Assembly (NCBI GenBank): GCA_964607415.1
Contig: CAZSKK010000001.1
Location: 4,190 to 68,189 of the forward strand
Direction: 5' to 3'
Source: an uncultured Candidatus Saccharibacteria bacterium
Lineage (GTDB): Bacteria > Patescibacteriota > Dojkabacteria > J137
DNA: 64,000 nucleotides
The notes under the pieces: generated by a model
The model's database searches: none
Seen by the model: only the letters and a program-made list of their open reading frames with translations
What the model was told of the DNA's origin: nothing
Position numbers and translations under genes: made by a program
Part shown: positions 19,473 through 28,931 of the stretch, piece by piece
Position numbering within the stretch: position 1 is the first letter of the stretch
How the letters are laid out: each line of letters opens with the position of its first letter

Positions 19473-19784
19473 TTATAGATCGTATTTTTTTGAACTCAAC
19501 TTTACAATTTCTTCCTGATTATCATCTGGTGCTTTAGTACATAATACATTTTTTTTACACTTTTCACAGGTATAAACTACTCTAGTTTTACCGTTTGCAA
19601 TTTTAATTCCGACAGGTCTTAACATACCTTTGCATTCGTTTAATCTATCACCTGGATTAATATCTACATGCTGTCCCCAAAGACAAAATGGACAGTGATC
19701 TCTTGAACTTGTTGGATGTTTAGGTACAAGTTTCCCACAGTGTAAACAATTAAATTCCTCATTATTTTTTATGAAAGTTTTCAT
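19473..19784 (-). CDS. RNHCP domain protein
   Basis: F.C.HCG, RDHCPFCLW.HVD.NPGDR..C.G.L.P. Confidence 0.9.
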   Translation of the reverse strand: MKTFIKNNEEFNCLHCGKLVPKHPTSSRDHCPFCLWGQHVDINPGDRLNECKGMLRPVGIKIANGKTRVVYTCEKCKKNVLCTKAPDDNQEEIVKLSSKKYDL

Positions 19785-21142
19785 ATTGTTAAGAACACAG
19801 TAGTTATACTAACAATTAGGGTAATCAGTAAGCCTACGCTTGTTTTTAAGGCGAAGTTTCTGTTTCCCAAAATATACGAATAAATACATTTAGCTATTAG
19901 GTTTACAGAATTTGCGCCTATTATTGCATAGCTTGCAAGTTGAAGTGTAATTAAGTTAATTCGGTTTAATTCACCAACAGCTACAACAGGTGGATCCAGC
20001 CCAACTAGTCCTGAAATTGATGTGGAAGCTAGGAACAGACTGTTACTATCAACTAGCTGTACCGCCTGTACAAATAATTTAATGACTACAATCAGTGAAA
20101 CAAATTCTATCGCTGGGCCAATTGCAAAAGGTTTTTGTTTAATATTTATGTGAGATATTTTAGCTTTAGATCCCGGCAAAGTATAAATAACAAAAAGTCC
20201 GGTAATTAGACCGGTAAAAAACATTACAGCTAAAGTTGGAAATAAGTGCTTAAACAAATCAAAGTTAATTACAAATATCAAAGAACCTATTGGAATGAAA
20301 CTTATCGCATTGGCAAGAATTGCAGAACCAGCATAAATATTTGTATCTTGGACTGAACTATCCTTTTTGGATTTTGAGGCAAGAGCGACAACAGTTGATG
20401 TTGACGAAACCATTCCTCCTAAAACACTTGTTAAAATAGTGCTTTTTTTCTTTCCGAGAAATTTGGCAAGAGAATACCCCAAAAGACTAAACCCACTAAC
20501 CAGTACAACAATAAGCCAAATACTAAAAGGGTTTATTAACGCAAAATTTAGAATATCTTTTGAAAAATTATCAACTGGAAGCTCAAGTGCTTCAACAAGA
20601 TCTATTACCTTGAAATTTTCGTTTGGCAATAAGGGCAATATTACTAAAGATATAAGACCAAATTTTACAAAATCTATAAATTCTTCGTGCTTGATTTTAT
20701 GTACTAGTTCTCCAACTCCACGCTTTTGTGAAAGAAAAAAAGCAAGAAGCACTAAAATAATCAAAACAATATCAAGTTTTAAAACTTGCGAAGTTGTTAA
20801 AAATCCTAGTAAAAACGTTATTATAACTGCAATTTCAGTTGTAAGCCCAAATGCTTTTTTGAGCTGAATGTTTAAAATGTAAGCACTTAAAATGAAAGCC
20901 AGTATTCCTCCAAAAATCATGTAGGTCAGAATGTAAGCTTTTTCTGTGTACAATAATCCGGTTATGCCACCAATTAATGAAATTACTGTGTATGTTCGGA
21001 CACCTCCTATTCTTTGTCTTTCTTCTTTTCCTGCTATGATCTCACCTCGTTTTTCAATTTCTCTGGTTTCAGTTTCTAATCCTAATATAAAACCAAATAT
21101 TATTGTTAGAAAAATTCTAATTATGATTTCGGATTGGTTCAT
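19781..21142 (-). CDS. MgtC/SapB family membrane protein with DUF4010
   Basis: LGLE.E, GGVRTY, GLTTE, ILPLLPN, INP..IW..VV.VSG, GG.VSST.T. Confidence 0.88.
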   Translation of the reverse strand: MNQSEIIIRIFLTIIFGFILGLETETREIEKRGEIIAGKEERQRIGGVRTYTVISLIGGITGLLYTEKAYILTYMIFGGILAFILSAYILNIQLKKAFGLTTEIAVIITFLLGFLTTSQVLKLDIVLIILVLLAFFLSQKRGVGELVHKIKHEEFIDFVKFGLISLVILPLLPNENFKVIDLVEALELPVDNFSKDILNFALINPFSIWLIVVLVSGFSLLGYSLAKFLGKKKSTILTSVLGGMVSSTSTVVALASKSKKDSSVQDTNIYAGSAILANAISFIPIGSLIFVINFDLFKHLFPTLAVMFFTGLITGLFVIYTLPGSKAKISHINIKQKPFAIGPAIEFVSLIVVIKLFVQAVQLVDSNSLFLASTSISGLVGLDPPVVAVGELNRINLITLQLASYAIIGANSVNLIAKCIYSYILGNRNFALKTSVGLLITLIVSITTVFLTI

Positions 21143-21366
21143 AAATTTAGTATAGCCAAAAGCTAAGGCTTTTGGAATGACGAATAAAAAATGAAGAATT
21201 AATTAACAATTCCCAATTTATAATTTTCAACTAGTTTATGTTGAAAATTCTTTATTGAGATTTAATTGGTAGTTCGTCATTCGAATTTCGTCATTTCTTC
21301 TTCGCTTAACGTCTTACCTCTTACATCCTACGTATTGTATAATGTGCAGGTTGAATTTAAAATTTT

Positions 21367-22374
21367 ATGGATAAACAAAGCAAAAAAGTAATACTAATCG
21401 GTGGACCAACAGCAAGCGGCAAAACAGATATAGCTCTAAAATTGGCAGAAAAATATAATGGCGAGTTAATTAACGCTGATTCCAGACAAATTTATAAATA
21501 CCTTGACATAGGTACAAACAAAGGCAAGGTTAAAAATACTGGTTCTATAATTACCCTAGAAGGTGTAGATCTCGAGCTACCCAATCCTTTTGGCGATGAT
21601 GTAAAAACTAATTTGCCAGTTTACGAGCTGGAAGGAAAACCAATGTATATGGTTAGCTTTATGGATCCCAATAAAAGATTTGATGTATATAGATTCAAGA
21701 AAGCTGCCTACTACTTGATTAATGGCATATTAACAAGAGGAAAACTCCCGATTGTAGTTGGAGGAACAGGATTATACATTGACGCAATACTGAAAAACTA
21801 TTCACATTCGGATGTTGATGAATACCAGGATATAAAGCTTAGAAATTATTTAAATTCCCTTGATGTGGGAATTTTGCAGGAGATGCTGGCAACAGAAAGT
21901 TTAGAAGTATTTAACTCTCTAAATGAAAGTGATAAAAACAATCCAAGAAGATTGGCTAGAATTATTGAAAAACTAAAGTATCTTGAAGCTAAGGAGAATA
22001 AAAAACAGATTTCCAGAGAAGATTTGGATAAAAGAAGAAAAGCACCTTACGATTTTACTTTTTTGTATCCAGAATACAAATGGGAAGATTTAAGAGTAAA
22101 GATAGAAAAAAGAGCTGCACAAATGTTTAAAGATGGCTTGGTTTCCGAGACAGAAAAAGTTTTAAAAATGGGTTTTGAAAAGAATTCTGTTGCGTTGCAA
22201 GGTGTCGGTTATAAACAAGTTATTGAATATATTGATGGCAAATACAACCTGGAAACTTGTGTAGAAAAAGTGAAAAACGCACACAAACATTATGCTAGAA
22301 GACAAAGAACTTGGTTTGAAGGCAAAAAAAGAGGATATGACTTAACTATAGTTAAGAGTGGTAGTATTATGTAG
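21367..22374 (+). CDS. miaA: tRNA dimethylallyltransferase
   Basis: GPTASGKT, INADSRQIY..LDIGT.K, VGGTGLY, YARRQ.TWF. Confidence 0.96.
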   Translation: MDKQSKKVILIGGPTASGKTDIALKLAEKYNGELINADSRQIYKYLDIGTNKGKVKNTGSIITLEGVDLELPNPFGDDVKTNLPVYELEGKPMYMVSFMDPNKRFDVYRFKKAAYYLINGILTRGKLPIVVGGTGLYIDAILKNYSHSDVDEYQDIKLRNYLNSLDVGILQEMLATESLEVFNSLNESDKNNPRRLARIIEKLKYLEAKENKKQISREDLDKRRKAPYDFTFLYPEYKWEDLRVKIEKRAAQMFKDGLVSETEKVLKMGFEKNSVALQGVGYKQVIEYIDGKYNLETCVEKVKNAHKHYARRQRTWFEGKKRGYDLTIVKSGSIM

Positions 22375-22380
22375 AAAATT

Positions 22381-22725
22381 ATGGAAACATTTGAACTTGA
22401 TTTCCGTTTACAGGCTTTAACTTATTTAAACGAAAATATTGATTGGTCAAATGCATCATCTAAACTTATTACTATACTTTTTATTTCTGCAGCATGTGCA
22501 GGTAAATTGAGATTAGTTCATTATTCTTCATATAACTCGATTTGTGATGAATCTAAAAAACTAAAAGCAGAAAAAGTTATTCCTCTGATTGTTAGATCCT
22601 ACGACAAATCGATTGAATTTACTGACGACCCGATAGAAAAGGCTAGACTTAGAGAAGAACAGAAAAATCTTTGTACTAATTATGATGAGATTCTTAATAC
22701 AAAACTGCAACCGGCCGAAGCTTGA
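22381..22725 (+). CDS. Hypothetical protein, paralogue of 22809-23141 (ends in EA)
   Basis: Aligns by eye with its neighbour: L..L...DW.N, AA..G.LR..H.S, L.V.SY..IE, L..E..N..NY..I. Confidence 0.75.
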   Translation: METFELDFRLQALTYLNENIDWSNASSKLITILFISAACAGKLRLVHYSSYNSICDESKKLKAEKVIPLIVRSYDKSIEFTDDPIEKARLREEQKNLCTNYDEILNTKLQPAEA

Positions 22726-22808
22726 ATAACAATTTACCTGCTGATATAATTCGCAAACTTCATCCTATAAATCCAAAGCGATAATTTATATTTTAAAACT
22801 AAATTCAA

Positions 22809-23141
22809 ATGAGCGATGGGTCCTACAATTTGTATCCTTTAAATGAGTTAGACGATTCGTTGGATTGGAAAAACAGTGGTTATTCTGAAGTTATAGCAAT
22901 ATTTAGAACAGCAGCAGATAAGGGTGTACTTAGATTTCTTCATATCTCATGTATAAATGCATTAAATAATGGATTAATTAAACCTGAGATATTTGTGTCT
23001 TTGCTTGTCAAATCCTACGAAGTGGCAATAGAAGCAGCTATTGATACTGATAGTGCAATAAAATTAAAAAAAGAAAAAGAAAATTTCCAGAGCAATTATA
23101 GAAAGATAACAGCTGTAGATTTAGATGGTATGGAGCAATAA
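22809..23141 (+). CDS. Hypothetical protein, paralogue of 22381-22725
   Basis: Shares the motifs listed for 22381-22725. Confidence 0.75.
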   Translation: MSDGSYNLYPLNELDDSLDWKNSGYSEVIAIFRTAADKGVLRFLHISCINALNNGLIKPEIFVSLLVKSYEVAIEAAIDTDSAIKLKKEKENFQSNYRKITAVDLDGMEQ

Positions 23142-23276
23142 TTATTTCTTTAACTCTAGCATTTTGGAAAGTAATTTTACCAGAAGTATAACGTGGGTCT
23201 CCCGTCGTTATTATGTTTTGTAATTCTCTTCTCTAAATTCGTACACAAGCATGAAAAATATGAGTATAATAAAATT

Positions 23277-25889
23277 TTATTTTTTTAATTCACTCATACT
23301 CTTAAAAACTTGCACTAAAAGTTCAACATGCTGATTGAAGTCTTCTCCAAATTTTTCTAATCCGTAAGCTATATCCTCTCTATTAATTTTTGCCGCAAAG
23401 TGCTTATCTTTAAGTCTTTTTTTAACTCCTTTTGCATCCATTCCATCAAAACCCTGAGGTCTCATTAAGCTATAAGCATATAAAAATCCTGATAATTCAT
23501 CGCATGCAATTAGAGCGGCAGAAAGTTTTGTATCAGCAATTACTCCGTCGCCAATTTTATGCGCTTTTACAGCATGAATTAAGGCTCCAGGATATCCCCA
23601 TTTTGTAAACCACTCAATTGCTTTATTGGGATGTTCGTTTGGAAATTCGTAATAATCTATGTCGTGAAGTAGCCCTGTGATGTACCATAAGTCAGCATCG
23701 AGCTCTGAGCTTCCAGTTTTGGAGTTCAGCTTTTTAGCCCAAGCTTCCATTGCATTTGCAACCATTTTAGAATGCAAGATCTGATATTCATCTTTAACAT
23801 GTTCTTCCAAAAGTTTTAAAGCTTCATCTCTATTTGGAAGCTTACCTTCTTGATTAGGATCAATTTCAATAGAACTCTTTTGGGCTGCATTTTCGGATTT
23901 CTTTTGTTCAAATTTATCAATATTGGAATTAAGTGCATGTTTTTGCTCTGGTGTAATTACATCCAAAAAACTTTTACCTATTGAATCTGTATGAACATCT
24001 AGAATTAAAATTCCTTCATGATCATGCCCAATTCCAATTTCATCCTCAGCCAAAATCATTCCTTCAGATATGACTCCTCTTAAAGCCTTTTTTTCTAATT
24101 TTATTTCTTCATTATTGAAAATTAAAAAACCTGGAACAATATTTCCTTCACCTAGATACGGGACTAAATCATTAACTCTTATGTTGCTAGCTCCGGTTAC
24201 AATTTCTTTTTGAACATTACCATTATCAATTTTTACAATACTAAGTTTATCGGCGTTTGGATGTTTGGTAATTTCGATAATTTTGACTACTTGAATGTTC
24301 TTTACTAAATCTAAGAGCTGCGAGCTGTGAGCTCCGAGTTTCGAATCAGCTGGCTTTGAACTTTTCTTTTCTTCGAACTTAACTTGGGGGTAGATCTTCT
24401 TTGTATTTTCGTCAACACTTGTTTTTAGCTGAGGGAAAGGAACCCCTTCTTTTGCGGTAACATTTTCGAAAAACCAGAACACTCTTTCACTATGTCCATA
24501 ACCTACAGCTGGTGCCATGCCGTATTCCAACATTTCCACAAAATCGATATCCAGCATGTGAGCTTCATCATCACCAGAATCTCTTAAATTCTGTTGTTCT
24601 AAAAATCTTTCTAATTGATCAACCGGATCATTAAGTTCTGAAAATGCGTTTCCAAGCTCGCTTCCTGCAATGACTGGGTGGAATCTACAAGTCAGTCTTG
24701 CATCTTCTAAACTAGACTTTGCAAGCGGAGATAAAAATTTAGGAACATCAATTAAAAATGCCGGTCCTGCAATTGTTTTTCTTATTACTTTCCAAAGGTT
24801 ATCAACTACTCTATTTTTGTTTGTTTCTTCACCTAAATCTACACCATTTTCTTTCAAAACAGTATTCATTTTTTGAAGATCATCATTAAAAATATCTACT
24901 TTTAATCTTTCTCTAATAATGTCTGCAAAATGAATAATTTCCCATTCGTCATTCAAATTTACTTTAAATCCTTTTATTTCAAATTCAAGTTTTCCATAAA
25001 CTTCCTGCATTACATATTTAAATAGATTTTTTGTAAATTCCATCCCATCTTTGTAATCTGCATATGCCCAGTACCACTCCATTGCAATATGTTCTGGTAG
25101 ATGCTCATCGCTAAAACCTTCGTTTCTAAATCTTGGCCCAAGATCGTAAACTTTTTCAAATCCGCTACCTATTAATCTTTTTAAAGGAAGTTCGTGGGAA
25201 ATTCTTAAATAAAAATCTTGATCTAATGTATCGTAGTGAGTTACAAAAGGCTTCGCATCAGCACCGCCTGTTACATGCTCTAAAACTGGAATATTAACTT
25301 CTATAAATCCATTTTGATTTAAAAAATCCCTTGTTGCTTGCCAGAATTTTGCTCTTCTTTCAAATCTTTGTCTTACTTCCGGATGAAGGGTCATATCTAA
25401 ATACCTTCTTCTGAATCTTTCTTCAACATCATCCAAGTTTGTTGGAAGTGGTCTTATTGCTTTTGTAAGAATTCTTAAGTTTTTAACTAAAATTGAAATT
25501 TCACCTCTTTGGGTTTTTGTAATAACACCTTCCGTTTCTACAATATCTCCAATGTCAAGTAGATTTAGATCTTTAAATCCGACTGTCTGATTGGCTTTTG
25601 ACGTCCCAGAAATTTCATCATCTTTAATATAAAGTTGGATTTCTCCTGTTTGGTCTTGAATGTGTCCGAAAATTAAGTGACCGTGCTCTCTCCAGCTCAT
25701 TAATCTTCCTGCTAAAATCACAGTTTGATTTTCCAACGAATCAAAATTAGAAATTACATCAATGACTTTATGATCACGCTTAGATTTTGAAGGGTATGGA
25801 TCAATTCCTAGGTCCTTCAACTTTTGTACTTTTTGAAGCCTTAAAGTTCTTTGTCCGATTAGGTCTGAGGTTTCTTTGGTTATAGCCAT
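23277..25889 (-). CDS. lysS: Class II lysine--tRNA ligase fused to an OB-fold tRNA-binding domain and an HD domain
   Basis: GGADAKPF.TH, YLRIS.EL.LKRL, FRNEG, ELGNAFSELNDP; then HPNADKL..IVTGA.N..LRGV.SEGM (PheT/Trbp111-like); then H..MVA..GLLHDID..HP..AH..LIACDELSG. Confidence 0.95.
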   Translation of the reverse strand: MAITKETSDLIGQRTLRLQKVQKLKDLGIDPYPSKSKRDHKVIDVISNFDSLENQTVILAGRLMSWREHGHLIFGHIQDQTGEIQLYIKDDEISGTSKANQTVGFKDLNLLDIGDIVETEGVITKTQRGEISILVKNLRILTKAIRPLPTNLDDVEERFRRRYLDMTLHPEVRQRFERRAKFWQATRDFLNQNGFIEVNIPVLEHVTGGADAKPFVTHYDTLDQDFYLRISHELPLKRLIGSGFEKVYDLGPRFRNEGFSDEHLPEHIAMEWYWAYADYKDGMEFTKNLFKYVMQEVYGKLEFEIKGFKVNLNDEWEIIHFADIIRERLKVDIFNDDLQKMNTVLKENGVDLGEETNKNRVVDNLWKVIRKTIAGPAFLIDVPKFLSPLAKSSLEDARLTCRFHPVIAGSELGNAFSELNDPVDQLERFLEQQNLRDSGDDEAHMLDIDFVEMLEYGMAPAVGYGHSERVFWFFENVTAKEGVPFPQLKTSVDENTKKIYPQVKFEEKKSSKPADSKLGAHSSQLLDLVKNIQVVKIIEITKHPNADKLSIVKIDNGNVQKEIVTGASNIRVNDLVPYLGEGNIVPGFLIFNNEEIKLEKKALRGVISEGMILAEDEIGIGHDHEGILILDVHTDSIGKSFLDVITPEQKHALNSNIDKFEQKKSENAAQKSSIEIDPNQEGKLPNRDEALKLLEEHVKDEYQILHSKMVANAMEAWAKKLNSKTGSSELDADLWYITGLLHDIDYYEFPNEHPNKAIEWFTKWGYPGALIHAVKAHKIGDGVIADTKLSAALIACDELSGFLYAYSLMRPQGFDGMDAKGVKKRLKDKHFAAKINREDIAYGLEKFGEDFNQHVELLVQVFKSMSELKK

Positions 25890-25970
25890 ATATAGTTTAA
25901 TTAAGTTTAGATTCACTAATAGCAGATAGCTTATAGCTACTTCGAATTATATTCTAATTTACACGCTACG

Positions 25971-27044
25971 TCACGTAGCTTTCGCAAAATCACTCATTAA
26001 CTTCTCAACTATCTTCTGAAACTTTATTAGATTCTTTACATCTACACGTTCATGAATTGTGTGTGCATTTTCATCTGGGGATCCAAGACAAAATGTTTCA
26101 ATCCCTGAATTATTTAAAAAGCTGGCATCGCTACCACTTGTTGTTGGCCGGGGATTTATTTTAATACCAAAGTTCCAATAAATTTCACAAAGATTTTTAT
26201 AAGCATTACTTTCGAGATTCTGTACGTAACCTACAGAATAAGGTATCCATGTAAGACGCACTTCAGCTTTAAAACTTTTTGCTACTTCATTAAATTTCTC
26301 AATTATAGCTTTTTTATATTTTTTATAGGAAGTAGAATTATTACTTCGTAAATCACCTTTTAGAGTTATTTTTTCTGGAACTGTATTTGTCGCATTCCCT
26401 CCCGAAATTAGGCCAATATTAAAAGTTGTATCTGAATCTAGCCTTCCAATTTTCAGCTCACTTAAAGCGGTTGTTAAAATTTCAAGTGCATTAATTCCTT
26501 CTTCAGGGTGAGAAGCATGTGAAGACTTACCAAAAATTTCAATTATAAAATCTTCCAGAGTGGGTGCGCTACTTGTTAGCCAACTTAAATCTCCGTTTCC
26601 AGCGTCAAATACAAAGCCAACTTTAGATTTAAGTTGGCTAACATCAAACTCAGATATTCCAGAGTCTGTTTCTTCTCGAACACTAAATAGAAGCTCAATA
26701 TTTGGTGTTTTACTAGCCTTTAATAGACTAGAAACACTATACAAAATTGTAGCCACTGATACTTTATTATCAGCACCTAAAATAGTTTGACCTTCAGATT
26801 TTAAATAACCATTCTTTTCAATGACCTTGATTCCTCTTCCGGGTTCAACTGTATCCATGTGTGCGCAAAAAAGTGATGGATTTGCACCTTCTCCTACTCT
26901 GCAGTAAATCATTTGGTTTCTATCTTGAACAGGATTTAAGTTCAAACTTTTTAAATACTGCATTACAAAATCTGAAACTTCTTGTTCATAACCAGAAACA
27001 GAATCTATCTGTACCAGGCTTTTAAAGAGTGTTGTTAGATCCAT
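25971..27044 (-). CDS. M20/M42 family metallopeptidase (PepT-like)
   Basis: AHMDTV.PG, LGADNK, EE, HASHPEEGINA, SGSDA, AHT.HE. Confidence 0.9.
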   Translation of the reverse strand: MDLTTLFKSLVQIDSVSGYEQEVSDFVMQYLKSLNLNPVQDRNQMIYCRVGEGANPSLFCAHMDTVEPGRGIKVIEKNGYLKSEGQTILGADNKVSVATILYSVSSLLKASKTPNIELLFSVREETDSGISEFDVSQLKSKVGFVFDAGNGDLSWLTSSAPTLEDFIIEIFGKSSHASHPEEGINALEILTTALSELKIGRLDSDTTFNIGLISGGNATNTVPEKITLKGDLRSNNSTSYKKYKKAIIEKFNEVAKSFKAEVRLTWIPYSVGYVQNLESNAYKNLCEIYWNFGIKINPRPTTSGSDASFLNNSGIETFCLGSPDENAHTIHERVDVKNLIKFQKIVEKLMSDFAKAT

Positions 27045-27096
27045 AAAATTAAGATTTAAGAATTAAGAATCGAGAATCATGGGAACTATATAATGT

Positions 27097-27142
27097 AGCT
27101 ATCAGCTATCAGCTATCAGCTATCAGCTATCAGCTATCAGCT
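27097..27142. repeat. Perfect heptamer tandem repeat (AGCTATC)x6 plus 4 nt
   Basis: Directly visible; overlaps the stop codon of 27130-27891. Confidence 0.95.
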
Positions 27143-27891
27143 CTAAGCCACTGTGCGAATTGCTGCCTTGATGTTCCAAGTTCATTCATTCTTCTAGCTA
27201 ACACTTCATTTGTTTTTTCAGCAAGTTCTAAATTAGAAATAAATATTTTGCAGCCTGGCGTTTGCAGCATTTCAACGTGAATTGAACTTACGTCGAGCAT
27301 TAAATTTGTCTTAGCTCTTACATGGCAATTCTCTTGAATATGTACTCCAGTTCCGCCTAATGGTTCACTAGGCTCGCACATACAAGTTAAAGCTTCAATA
27401 AATTTCAATCTACATGTACTTCCTGCGAAAAAATTAATTACTGGGTTAAGAACTCGTAAGCTCTTTAGCATTGGAATTGTTGTAGTAGTACCAATAATTA
27501 ACATTTCATTATTAAAAATGGCCTCACTATTAATTTGATGAATCGCTTTTACAACTTGCTTCCCAATTCCTTGGTTTCTATATTCCGTGGATACTATGAC
27601 TGTGCCAAGTTCATAAACTTCAGGACATATTCCTGTAAGCCCTAAATTTTCAATTTGCTCACAATTAAGAAGCGGAATTAACCGGCAGAAAGCAATAGCC
27701 TCACTTTTTTCATTTACATAAAAAACTCCTTTGCCTGCGTAAAAACTTTCTGCAATAGCTTCGGGGTTGGGGTGCATCATTTTATCTTCATGCCCAACCA
27801 ATTCAGAAATTTGCATGGACAATTCTGCAATAGTATAAGGGTTTATGGTTTGGGCTAAAGTAACTATTTGAGTTTCTGCTATTGTATTCAT
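27130..27891 (-). CDS. GNAT family N-acetyltransferase (possibly amino-acid acetyltransferase)
   Basis: ELGTVIVSTEYRNQGIG acetyl-CoA motif; Cys-rich C-terminal part. Confidence 0.75.
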   Translation of the reverse strand: MNTIAETQIVTLAQTINPYTIAELSMQISELVGHEDKMMHPNPEAIAESFYAGKGVFYVNEKSEAIAFCRLIPLLNCEQIENLGLTGICPEVYELGTVIVSTEYRNQGIGKQVVKAIHQINSEAIFNNEMLIIGTTTTIPMLKSLRVLNPVINFFAGSTCRLKFIEALTCMCEPSEPLGGTGVHIQENCHVRAKTNLMLDVSSIHVEMLQTPGCKIFISNLELAEKTNEVLARRMNELGTSRQQFAQWLRADS

Positions 27892-27897
27892 AATATT

Positions 27898-27920
27898 AAA
27901 AAAGCCTCCAAACGGAGGCT
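27898..27920 (-). terminator. Intrinsic terminator of a leader (attenuator) upstream of the GNAT gene
   Basis: Minus strand AGCCTCC-GTTT-GGAGGCT-TTTTT, ending a few nt before the GNAT ATG. Confidence 0.85.
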
Positions 27921-27944
27921 AAGTTGAAAAGGGTGTTATTCAAC

Positions 27945-27992
27945 TTAAATCCTCCGGTGTAAAATATATTTTTTAAAATTCTTTTGCTTCAT
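27945..27992 (-). CDS. Putative leader peptide MKQKNFKKYILHRRI
   Basis: 15 codons plus TAA; the tandem CGG AGG Arg codons overlap the predicted antiterminator strand. Confidence 0.65.
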   Translation of the reverse strand: MKQKNFKKYILHRRI

Positions 27993-28095
27993 ATATAAAA
28001 AGTCTACGGAATGATAATTCTAGAAATAAGTTTAATCAAAATTAATAGAAATTTGTTCGAAAATTGTTATAATTGTTAAAATTTTAACTTGAAAC

Positions 28096-28229
28096 AACCC
28101 TCCGTCTCTTTGAGACACCTCCAGAAAATGCACATTGTGCATTTGGGAATAAAATAGAAGATTTAATTTATTTAACCTCACCCGATGCTGAAACAAAGTT
28201 CAGGATCGACCTCTCCATAAGGAAAGGTA
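28096..28229. repeat. Degenerate REP-like elements of the DUF559-associated family
   Basis: gtctctttgagac hairpin, palindrome aaatgcacattgtgcattt (28126-28144), aacctcacccg..cctctccataaggaaagg. Confidence 0.65.
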
Positions 28230-28252
28230 AATCGTATGAATACTTAATATAT

Positions 28253-28900
28253 ATGACAACTGTACCTGAAAAAACAAAAGAAATAGTTTTGAGTTCTAGC
28301 TTTTATAGAAAAGGTATAGCTGAAGGCTTAATAAACCTGTCTTCACTGGCAAGAGTACTTAAACCCAGAATTGAAAAAGAATTAATGAAAAATGTATCTG
28401 AAGCGTCAATAGTAATGGCTTTAAAAAGGTTATCGTTAGAAATAACTTACACTAACAAAAAAGATTTTGGTAAGCACCTAGGCGATATTACTTTAAAATC
28501 TGGTCTTGTTGAGTTTACCTACAAAAACTCGGAAAATCTTTATTTCAAAATACACAAGCTTTTAAAAAACATTGACAATGAAGTTTATCTTACTTTTGTA
28601 AAGGGTGTTTGGCAAACAACTATTATTGCAAGTAAGTCGTTGTCATCTGAAATAATTAAAACTTTCCAAAAAGAGGCTTTGCAGACTAGTTACAAAAATC
28701 TTTCAAGTATTACTGTTAAATTAATTGATAATCATATTGAAGAACCTGGCATTATGGCATTTGTACTTGACTATCTGGCATGGGAAGGTGTTAACATAAT
28801 AGAGGTCGTTTCCACCTTTGATGAACTAACAATAATAATCAATGATGTATATGTAAGCAGAGCTTTTGAAGTAATTAAAGACTTAAAAAGTAGACAATAA
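28253..28900 (+). CDS. ACT-domain amino-acid-binding regulator with N-terminal HTH-like region
   Basis: GLINLSSLARVLKP..ASIVMALKRL; C-terminal PG..L..EGVNIIEVVSTFDELTII ACT motif. Confidence 0.75.
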   Translation: MTTVPEKTKEIVLSSSFYRKGIAEGLINLSSLARVLKPRIEKELMKNVSEASIVMALKRLSLEITYTNKKDFGKHLGDITLKSGLVEFTYKNSENLYFKIHKLLKNIDNEVYLTFVKGVWQTTIIASKSLSSEIIKTFQKEALQTSYKNLSSITVKLIDNHIEEPGIMAFVLDYLAWEGVNIIEVVSTFDELTIIINDVYVSRAFEVIKDLKSRQ

Positions 28901-28931
28901 TGTTAGTTATTCCATTTTTGAATTTTTGGAT

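Noticed and set aside
15090-21640. Extra segments in SerS (TPKAGYL..HADS) and MiaA (VKNTGS..LPVYE) as repeat insertions
   Set aside because: No palindrome or periodicity seen in the DNA; probably ordinary lineage-specific loops.
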